64,000 nucleotides of DNA from Ostrea edulis (Eukaryota). Every line of letters starts with the position of its first letter. The first letter of the stretch is position 1. The stretch spans positions 26,536,001 to 26,600,000 of the forward strand of contig NC_079168.1 of NCBI RefSeq assembly GCF_947568905.1, given 5' to 3'. Made by a program: the position numbers and the translations under genes. Shown here piece by piece: positions 12,165-23,953 of the stretch. The notes beneath the pieces are model-generated. The model ran no database searches. It worked only from the letters and a program-made list of their open reading frames with translations, and was not told the DNA's origin.

Positions 12165-13106
12165 ATGAAGAGTGCATTAACGTTGACCGTGCTTTTCTAC
12201 ATACTGCAAAACTCATTAGATGAGGTAAGTCGGTATATTTGATTTCAAATGATGTTCAATTCCATTTCGTCTATTTCACACAGTTTATTATTGTAATGAA
12301 TTGTTGATTTATAGGCATTGTCAATTTCGCCATTGACCAGAAACTCAAGAGTAAAACGAGATACTGGAGACCCAGTATTTCCATCATGGTTGGAGGAAAC
12401 GGTCCAGAAATCCGGAAAACGTTCAAGGGAACAGATTTTACTGTTTATGCAAAACCTGGGAATCAAATTTGAGAGAGTAAGTAATGGGACTAATGGAAGC
12501 CCAGGAAACCCTGCTGAAAGATCTAGAGATGAACAGAACGCAAAGATGATAGCTGAACAAGCTGCGTCTGCAAAGTCTGTCACAGCCAATAAAACGGAAA
12601 TAACAACTGAAGAACCGAACCCTACAATGAAACAAGCAACGCTGGTTACCGTTAATGAAACTGAAATAAATGTAGGACGTAAAATATCCACTTCGGATTT
12701 TCACAACGTTGTTAAAAGTGAATCAAAAACGGACATGAATGCAACTAGAATGGTAGAAAGCACTGAACCCGATACAGGTAAACCCGTTCAGAATTTAACA
12801 GTCGCTACAGACACATCGATGGATGGAGTAAGAACAAATAATAACCAAGAAAACAGCAGAAATGGATCGGGTTCGGTCTTCCAAAATGAAGTAAATGAGT
12901 CGGGGCGTACAAATTCAATGTCTGGAATCAACACAGTAAATGATAAAATGGAACCGACATTTGTTACAGGAAATAGTGCTATAAATGAAAATAAAAGTGG
13001 AGCAGAAACAAACACAGAGACAGGTAAAGACCCAGAGATAAGAGTTCCTGATGAAAGCCCCTCTAGGGACATCGGCAGAAAGATAAAGAATATTTTCTCC
13101 ATCTAA
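12165..13106 (+). CDS. Orphan secreted low-complexity protein 2, 283 aa, 2 exons: signal peptide, RVKR site, N/T/E/S-rich acidic body
   Basis: Exon 12165-12224 (MKSALTLTVLFYILQNSLDE, donor GTAAGT) joins in phase 0 to 12315-13106 (ALSISPLTRNSRVKR...); 852 nt total. TATATTTAAA at ~12113. Confidence 0.8.
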
Positions 13107-14103
13107 AATTACAAATAATTCTTGATGTGTCAATGTAGCGTAAATCAAAATATATTGTGGGTATTTGTGTTCATCTGACTCGAAAAAACACCTCACTCAA
13201 CACTAAAAATAATTAATTTCTATAAGCCCTAATCAAATAATGTTGTGTTTTTTTCCATTCCAAGGTTTCGGTTTTCTTTTACGACACAAAACTTTATTTA
13301 CACTTTATCATAAAAGGGGTGGTAAATGTTTTCTTCTAGCTGAATGTTACCAACTGAAATTAGATATATTTTTCTACCATATAATTATTAAAATGGTGAG
13401 TTGGGAAAGGGAAGTACATGCCCCATTTTAATCTAGGTTTAATGCATATATGATTTTCTTTTGAGTTACCGATTCACCTCTGTATATATATCCAGCAGTT
13501 ACAGACCTTAGGTATTTGTTTTATTACGCTATACATGGTCAGTCATGTAAGATATTTTACAATTAAAAGTATATGCATTCAAAGTGTGCAATTGTATTTT
13601 GACACGTTTTGATATCGATTGAATAACTGTTTATACAGTTTGTATTACAAATCAAAAATCAATAAGAAAATAAAATATCTTAAACAATGGGGGAAAAAAA
13701 AGAAAATAAATATATACCATACGAAATATTGATAAATTAATACACATTCAAATTCAAGCATTTGTAGTACATTTCGATATTACCAAACTAGAAGTTATCA
13801 ATCATAGTGGTAGTGACAGGACTACATCGCTTAATGTGTGTGACAGTATTGTTGTATGGTTTTTAAATATTGATTTCATCAATAAAATAAACATTTCAAG
13901 TTGTAGTCCGTTCTTACGTAATGATTTGATAATTTACCTTTTCTATATTGATAGACATACAGAACAAAGCACACTATGAGTTACTCAATTCGCAGAAATG
14001 ATTTATTTCCATAACTTCAGCAATGGACGATACCCAATGTACCAATCACATGCAAACAATGTTGGTTCTCCAAGGTGAGCAGTCTGCGTGTCAACACACT
14101 TTA

Positions 14104-17100
14104 TCACTCGGTAACCACGGAGAACGTCGGACGTACGTGCATGGCTGATCCAAAGGCCTTCAAAGCGATAACTTGTAATTCTCTTTCTCTTTTCTCTTTT
14201 AATTGCCTTTTGTATTCCACTGAAAAAGTGAGAGATATTGCGCATCAGTCACGGTAATTTAACTCACAGGAAGGAACACCATTCCATGCCAATCAATAAT
14301 AGTCAACAAGTGAAAGCTCGGGATTAGTGCTGAAAAAATAAATGTATACTCAATCAAATAAATACACGCTGATATATAATGATAATTCTTTTCTGAGATT
14401 GACTGATCGTGTTTCTTTCCCTCTAATGACATACCTCACAAATGAAAGCCTTTATCAACAACAGGTTTGTTTTCTGTGAGCTTGGAATCTAAACAAATCC
14501 CTCCCGTACGTGTAGTTTAACGATCAATTAAGAAATAGTACGTTACATATCCATTTGTTTTGTAACCGTCTTATTAAAACACATCTAAGAGAAAATCGCA
14601 TACTAAGCTTTCTTTTCCCCATTTTAATATTGCAATATCTATTCATGTATATATCTCATCTACTACTAATGGAGATGGGGAACTTATTTTGAAATGCCTT
14701 TTCTGAAATCAATTTGTTCCATTAATGACTTCTAGGGAATAAGTGTTAAAAATAGGATTCATAGGATATTTTATTTATTTCATTTTTATTTACGCGTTTT
14801 TTATTTATTTTCTTTTTATTATTTATTTCACTTATCTGTCCACGAATTAAAATGAATAGTATGTAACATGTAGTCATTCATGCTATGCCTGTTTATATAA
14901 TTCTTTTGCGGACACCAAGTTACATGTATCTTGTTAGAAATACATCATGAATTTCTAAATTGTGTGACAGAGCACTTTTATGCGGGCCCAACACTTCTTT
15001 CGATTTTATAATGCCCTCTTAAAGTGCATTCCACCTTTATTTGGATTGTTGGTCAAATTGTGAATTGAAAATAAATATTAATTTAAAAATAATCTATTAC
15101 CTAATGTGCGTCATCATTTTTCATGTTATACAAATTTGATTACAAAATTTAATTGACTTTCATATTATTCTACACACAGCAAAGTGCAAGGCTAATGATA
15201 TATTAATAGGAGGGCAAATTCAAAATCACGCGTACAGAATTTCAAGGTCTCAAGAATCTGACCACGTGACAATCTCCCATGTTCCAATTTATACAGTATG
15301 CACATGCATTATTGTGAGACTCGTTATTACATTTGTACTTTACTGGGTTTTAATTCCACATTTGGTAATCCAGCTTATACTCCAATGTTCCCTTTCAAAA
15401 GACAAAATTTTGTACATGTACTACCAAGTCCTTGTCTTTACTCGTCATGAAGATAAAACCACGCGGCGGAGGAATTTCAGACGTATTATAGCACAACATA
15501 TGCGAGAGGGGGTGTAAATCAAATGTGGATAACCAAGAATCCGAAAGAACGTTTAGTAAATTCGAAATCACAGAACTTTTTCTAAAAATCAAAAACATTA
15601 AAACGTACGCATTTTCGACACTTTACACCATCATTTCTCACGAATGACTTCTTGACATACATGTAATTTAAAAGACTGCTTCAGCAATGAAAATGAAACT
15701 CGGTGTTTATGTATTCCAACTGATTCGATACGCGAGAGCATGATATGTGTATGATCAATTTTTAAATCGAGGCAGGCTATACAGGCAAATATGTTGATGC
15801 TACATGGGTTTCAACATCCACGCTTAACTTAGGCATTTCGCAAATTCTATGGTCGTTATAATGATCTCATTTGCAAATACAACCTGTCATTAGGTCGAAT
15901 GCTGCCTGAAGTGTTCCATACCAATTTTCAGTCCGTGCTCTACCTACTGAATTTGATTACGGAATACTCTGTTGACCTGATCAACATAGGAGTCAAGCGG
16001 GTGTGACCGGTCAACAGGGAATGGTTACTCCGTCTAGGCACCTTATCACACTTCTGCTGTGTACAGGTACAGGTATCTGTGTTTTCCCCGACTCTCATTT
16101 TGATATTCTTGTGGGGTTTTATGAAATTGATTACTGTTCCATAGCTTTACATTTTTGTTTTAGAAAACCTTGGATATGTTTTAGGTAGTAAATTAAGACA
16201 AAGCATGGCTACCTTTCCTAATACAGGTAATTTTCACCAACAGTGGAAAATGAAATATGAACGACTTATTATACAGTCGATTGAATAATTCAGATATGTA
16301 TCAGATAATGAGACAATCATTAGTGGTTTTCTGTTACAGTAACATTAAATTTTCCTTCGCGATATTCCACAGCATGCGTTGAAACATCAGTACAATTGCT
16401 TTTTTATATCTTATTTGAAAAATTGTCATGTAATTATATATTTGAATATTCCATTGAACACAATGTAGGCGTATATAAAGTGTTGATCTTCATCTAGGCG
16501 ATCTGGCGATGCTTGGTAGTTAGTGTCTAGCCTTTGGTTTTTATAACGTTCTATTTCTGACGTTATGTCTAATTGCAGAATGCGACACAATCGTTTACGG
16601 ACTGGCACCGTTTTTGAATTGCACTTATTTAAGCAATGATATGAATCGTAAAATTTTAACAATGATGGTAGTTTATGAAGACGTCACTGCTACATTAACT
16701 CGTCCCGTGTAGAATGGAGATATCACGTGGTGAAATTTATTTCTCGATTGTTTGGCGATGAAACGTCTTCTTTTTTTTTTTTTTTTTTTTTTTTTTACCA
16801 TTTCTGTTTAGAAACCACAAAAATGAGATGTACCATTGTTGACATTTAAATATAAAGTTACGAATATTCTTTTTCCTCGCCTGCTTAATTATTAACAATG
16901 TGTTTTAGGTAATGATTTACTGTGGCAGAATAATTATTAACCAAGTATTTAAAAATTTAAAAAAAATCACAATGCTCCATGAGCCAGACTGGTACAAGTT
17001 TACAAAATGTGTAAATTATTTCAATATTTCATGACATTAAACGAGACAGTTAAATATTCTAGGAAAATTAATACAATTCTCCTGGAGTAACAGGGCACTC

Positions 17101-20100
17101 ATGGTGAGCTATGATTAGATTTGTGTTTTAATCTATGCTCATGAATTGTTCAAACAATCACACGGAAAATAATATTTTTCAAATATATAAAATATCAATG
17201 TTTTCAAAAGTAAACATTCACATATCTGCTTCAGGGCGATTTAATAATGCCGACAATGGGCTCTTATATATTATAGATGTATGGAAATCAGCTGATTTGT
17301 TTCACAACAGATGTTCAAAGTATTCTGTGTTCAAACCCAGTCATCATTACCGCACATACTACATACGTGCACATAAATACATGTTCTCTTCAGCCGTGTC
17401 GTATATTACGTATTCATTTGTGTGTTGTAAATTGTTGGGAGTTTATGGGTTTTTTTTAAATCCAAGATTGTTGATGTGTGACGAGGAAAATATAGGTGGC
17501 GACTAAATCAACAAACTGCTGAATTCACCGCGTTAATACATTTATGAATCTTCATTTTTCGGAGTTTTCTGTGAACACGTGTATTCTATGTTTTTTACAC
17601 TAAGATTCTTCTGTACAAATGTATATTTTTATACACTCTGAAGTATACGATAGTATTATGAAATATTCTCTCATGATGATGCCATTTTATTTCACTTCAA
17701 ATTGATTACCCACATCTCGGTCACAAATATTTTTGGAATTATATATTATATAACACATGTGTGTGTTCTTAATTAGACAATGTCTATATACATGTATATC
17801 TATAATTTCACAGTACATGTAGTTGCTCTCTTTCATACTTTTTTTTTTCACAATCTCAGATTAAAATTTTTTTTTNNNNNNNNNNNNNNNNNNNNNNNNN
17901 NNNNNNNNNNNNNNNNNNNNNNNNNNNNNNNNNNNNNNNNNNNNNNNNNNNNNNNNNNNNNNNNNNNNNNNNNNNNNNNNNNNNNNNNNNNNNNNNNNNN
18001 NNNNNNNNNGCAGCAGGCACAATGCCCATATAAGCCCTTTCCATAGGTCAAAGGTCAGTTATGACAAAGTTAAAATTAATATAGTACATAAAAATATAAC
18101 AAAAGATTGAAGAAGACAAATAATGAAAGAAAGAAAAATAATCTCAGAACATGTGCTTCTTCAAAATATCTAAAAATGTCTATCTAATATTTAGTTTACC
18201 GGGAACCCCCCCCCTCCCCCCCCTCCCCCCCTCCCCCCCCCCCCCCCCCCCTTGCGAAAGAAGAACAACAACAGAGACTTAAAGGACACATCGCATGTTT
18301 TTAAACTTTTTAATTTTTTCAGCAAAATTAATTCATTTCATGCCTAAAACTACTTTACATGTGTTTTAAATGAAACAGTTTGCGTAGTTTTCGAGTTTGA
18401 AAGCGATGAAATTCAAATCTTGCGATATGCATATTTTCTTCGATATTTTACGCGCCATTATCTGTGACGTCATATGCGACCTCGAGCGAGAAGATTTGAA
18501 AACAGTTGTTAGCCATTTCATAAACAGATTAGATTTAATTGACAAACAAACAATTATCACATTAACGGCTTGTAAATAACACTGCATTAGGGTGTTTTGT
18601 GCCGTTTAAGGGTGTACTTGCTGTCAGTAGAGAGGCTTTGGACTGTGTTTTTTTTCAATTTTCGAAGGAAGGTATGAGGGACAAGACGTGAATATTTTTT
18701 GTCGGCACAACGATTTTGCCATAAAAAAAAACCCAGTAGAATTTGTCCCTGTACTTTTTCAAACAAGCACTTGGACAAAGACGTAGATAAACTGCGAGAA
18801 AATGGTTCTATCGAAGCTACCCACTGTTACATATAGCGTAGATCGTACGCTACGTCATAAATCGTGTGGTGTGTAATCACGTGATACGCGAAAGTGAAAG
18901 TGTAGTACAAACAATGGCAGTGTCCGACAAAATCTATTCTATAAAGTTAGAGGAAACTGATGTTCCTGGAGCGAAGTTTCGTTGTTCTGATGTGTCAGAA
19001 CATTCAGTCGTTGAACTGAAGCGATGGTTAGAATGCAGGGGAATGTTACAAGCGGGTACAAAACCCGAATTAGTCAAAAGGTAAGAAACACTTAAACACA
19101 TGCGTACATTTTCATCCCATGTATATACACGCTGTACACCACGATTTATTGTTCATCATCCGTATATATTATAATTATGATTGGTAAAAATACGTCTTAA
19201 AACTATATCTTAATTCATTTACCACGGGAGTATCGTTCTGTCAGCGATTCATTGCATACATTTTCATGTGTAGCGAATAAAAAAGGGGGGGTGTGGGAGG
19301 GTCAAGACGATTTTGCTAGAGGCTTAATTGTCTTAGGTTGTAAATGAATATATTCAATTCTTGTTATTTGAAATTATTGACATATAGTGGTCGATTACAA
19401 ATGTGTATGTAAATGGTAATCTCCTTTGTCAATTAAATTACAGCAGATCTACTGCAAATAAAAAATACTTTATATGAAATAAAACATTCAAACAGTGGCC
19501 TTCTTAAAAGTTCTTGAAACACCTAATATATAAGCATACATATCAGCACGCCATTCATGCATATGCTTAGAAATTACATTTGTCAATTTTTTAGGTGCCT
19601 AGAATGCATAGAGTCCAAGAACACAGACATCATAATTTCTGTGGATGGGGGAATCTGGTACGAGGAGAAAGTACGAGAGGTGTTATCCACTGCCCGCAGT
19701 AAATCATCAGCTGATATGATACCTCTTTTACCTACAAGTGGTTGGCAAAAAATTCCTTCAGGGAGTATTCCTAAAGGATTCTGTTATGGAAGAATATATG
19801 AACATATAATACTAACTGCCAAAGTATATGAGAAAAAAAGTAAAACGTCGACGTCTGATAGTGAAAGTGAAGACAATTTGACAGACTTCAATACTTCAAA
19901 ACCGATGGTGAAAGGACGTCAATATTTTGCCAGCGGCCATGTAAAAGATATTAAGAGTATTGCAAAAGGTGAATACTTTTTTGTCAAATCAACTGTGATG
20001 GCATCATACACTCAACAAAAGCTATATCATGTGACTTTAACTTTGGGATCTCCATCTGGGAAAATATTGGATGCCTCGTGTGATTGTAAAGCTTCAGCAA

Positions 20101-23100
20101 TGGGACGATGTAACCATATAGCTTCGTTATTATTTGCTTTGGAGGATTACACATTACAGTTTGGATACGATCCGGATGCTTGCACTAGCAAGCTATGTAC
20201 ATGGAATGTAGGACGGAAGGCTAAAAGGCAACCTCAGCCATGTTATTCCACATCATACAACAAAAAGTTAAAAGCGGATAGGTACAGAAATTATAATCCT
20301 ATGACTACTAAATTGGATGAAACTAAATTTGCAAATGAATTTATTGCTACATTGCCAAATTCTGGATCATATTGTATGTTTGACCAAATATTAGAAATTG
20401 AATATAGTGATTATGTGGTTGACATTAAAAATTTAAATGAAAGAACCAATTATTCTTTGAATTTGATCAAACAAGATGCATCTGAACCTTATGAAGTCCC
20501 AAACACTGATAGACAGGCTGAATCTATTATGTGGCACAGCAGTCGCAATTGTAGAATAACTGCATCTGTAGCAAAGGAAGTCAGTAGTGTTAAAAGCCCA
20601 AGGGCTAAATATAACCTTTTGGAGCGGATTCTATGGGGCAAAAAGCTTCCCCAATTGAAAAGTTTAAAGTATGGACAAGAAAATGAAGATAATGCATTTA
20701 CGCAATATGTTAATCTGAGTAAGGGAAACAATGAAACAACAAGAAAAAGTGGTTTCTGGATAAATCCCGAGTACCCTGAATTAGGATGTAGCCCAGATGG
20801 ACTAATCTATGATGCTAACAATAATCTTATTGGTGTTTTGGAAATAAAATGTCCATTAGTATTGAAAGACAAAGACCCATTATGTATAGAGAGTCTAAAG
20901 CCGTGTCAACGATTTAACTTGTGTTATACAATAGAAAATGGTATCCTGTCTTTGAAAAAAACCCATAAGTACTATGCTCAGGTTCAAATGCAAATGGGAC
21001 TTTGTAATGTGAAATTTTGTGATTTTGTAATTTGGTCTAGTGCAAAAACTTTGATTCAGAGAATCCATTTTGATGGAGAATATTGGCATGATCTCCGAGA
21101 TAAATTAATTTTATTTCATCATAAATGTATGATGACGGAATACCTAGAAATGAGGATTCCAAGAAAACTCTTGCCAGTAGAACTTTAAATACATGTATAT
21201 ATTGCAAGTGTTCATCAGTGCAAATATTCATACATGCACCTGCAATTTATAATGATAAAGAGTAAAATAAATAATGTTATTATTTTGTATGAGATACACA
21301 TATGATATATCAAATGTCTTGACTTCTTCATTTACATGTATTTTTGTACATAAAAAAGCAAAAAAAATAATTATAGATTCAGATCTTTATTGGTTTTGAA
21401 CAGTGTCACACTTTCACAATGTGTGAAAAGATATAGACTACATTTGTAAGTTTCAGAGACCACACTCAATCCACAAATCTAGAGGTCTCCAAAAGGCCTT
21501 CCATAAGGGTGGAACTCCACTCCTTGTGAAAATTGCCTCAAATAAATAAAACGTGTATATGTAAAATTTTAGTCGCTCTTGCATGAATATTACCAAAATG
21601 TACATGTACATTACGTAACATTTAACACAAAAATACAGACAAACTTGTGACCACAATACCCGACTTGGGCCAGGCACATGAAATGTGGTGGGGTTAAACT
21701 AGTGAGATCTCAACCCCCCCCCCCCCCCCCCCCCAACAAGTGGTCAAAAGAAAACAAAGGCAGTAAAAGACGAACTATAATAATCAAGCAGATATTAGCC
21801 CAATCATCTGAACCACAATAAATGTACTGAAGAAAAAAATCATGCAACAAAAAGATACTTCTCTAATGAATGCAAGGTCAGGCTGGAATTCATTTATAAA
21901 TTTAGAATTATTTTATCAAGTTTAATGTTCAATGCTCATTTTACAAGTGGACTTTGGTAATTGACTAGAAATCCAATTATATGCACTATTTCTGTGGCTA
22001 CTGGTTTGAGACTAAGAGGTATTGTTGTTCCTATTATTTTAAATTTTTTCATGCGCTCAATTGCTCGTTCCACATGAATGCGTACTCGTGCAATGCGTTT
22101 TGTCAATATTTCTTCTTGAGGGGTTAGTCGATCTCTTCCTGAAAGAAATGGTGGAATGTTAAGGTCTACTTTTCTTGGGTTCAGTATATCCCGAATCAAA
22201 AACCCTCGATCCGCTATCACCAAGTCTCCAGGATTAAGCAAGTCAGCCAAACCAGACTTTACAGTTATCTCCTTGTCTGATATACTTCCCTCATATACAT
22301 CTGATAAAAATGTAACTGCTCCTGTAGGTGCAACACCAACCAAACATTTCAATGTTGGATTATTTTTATACGAGGAATACATATTACCTTGCTCAGCAAA
22401 ATCCCGTGATGACTGAGTAAATATCTCAAAGCAATCAATTATCACACGGACATTTTTGAAGGACCTAAAGCAAGCAGGCAAATGTTTTTGAATTAAAGCC
22501 CTAGATGGAAACATTTTTTTACGAATACCACCAGTAACTTTATATAAATATTGAATCCAAGTGTTAATTGTTGAAGAGACAGTACTGATGCTTACTCCAT
22601 ATCTGTATGCAAGATCTTTATTTGGAAACCTATGCCTTAACTTCATAAGAACCAATAATAACTGATTTCTTGTCGATAGTTTGGTTTGTCGTTGTTTTGA
22701 GTCGTTTCGCCTTTTCTTTGGTGATTTTGTTTTATTTCCTTTCCAATATTTCAGTTCATATACACCTCCGGCATTTTCCAAGACCTTAAAAAAGTGGTTA
22801 AATTGTTCAACATTTAAACCTGTGTAAAATTTAAAAAGTTTTCCTTTTGTTGCCAATTGCTCGTAATCAAACTTGTTTTTGGTGTTCTGTTTTTGCGGAC
22901 TCTTTTGCTTTGAATGCCCTTCATTTTTCCTCAGCCTTCTCTCAATTTTATTGGCAAGAATATCACTGCAATGAAAAGTAGTTTGTGTCCCACAATCTTG
23001 TATTTGTGTTGCACAATGAATTGCGTTCTTTTGGGTCTGCTCCTGTTTGACATGTTCCTGAGAAATGCAAATGTACATGTGTCATTCAAAAGTTATGAGA

Positions 23101-23916
23101 CATATTTAATGAAAATTTTAGTCTTTACAAATCCTTAAGTTTCAGACAAAATATACAAAAATAAGACATAAAATGAGTGTCAAGAATATTATATTCGAGA
23201 TATTTGTTTAAACTGAAGAAAGTTTATAAATGTGAATATCTACGAATGTCATTCAAAAATGGTACAATTAACATGTAACTCCTTTTGATGTTATGAATGC
23301 AGGTATGCTTTACTTAAAATGGACAAAATTTTGCAGGTTTCAGGAAACTGAAAAAAGAACTTACATTCTGATTCATATCAGACCCGGTCCCAGTACATAT
23401 AGTGTCAGACTGATCATGGTTGACTATATTTGTTCTGTTCTCCTTAATATGGCCACGATGCATATCACAAGTGCTAGTAGAAGTTGAAGGTATTGCCTCA
23501 TCTTGTAAGGATAGTAATGCTTCTGACACGTCCTTTAACATTCTTTTAGAAACAGGATTGCTCCGTGGAGTGGGTGGTTTCCTTTTCCTAGAGAATTTTT
23601 CCGCCTAAAAATAATATTGTAAATTGAAAAAATACTCGTTTGTTTTGTTCACAAAAACATATTTTGGCTTGAAATTATGGCTCTTGTTGAGACTTCTTAA
23701 GAACATTTGTTTCCTGGTACATGTAGATACAAACCATTAAATTTTCATTATTTTTAAAAAAATTTTTTTTTTTTATACATATTTAGGGGTGTTTATATGC
23801 CACCGTAAATTTGTTTTAATAACCCATCGTTTTTGGACATAATAAACAAAAAGGCAAAAAATAAAACTTGAAAACTATAAAAGACATGAATACTATTCAA
23901 CGTGCAGTCTGATTTA

Positions 23917-23953
<37 letters not shown>

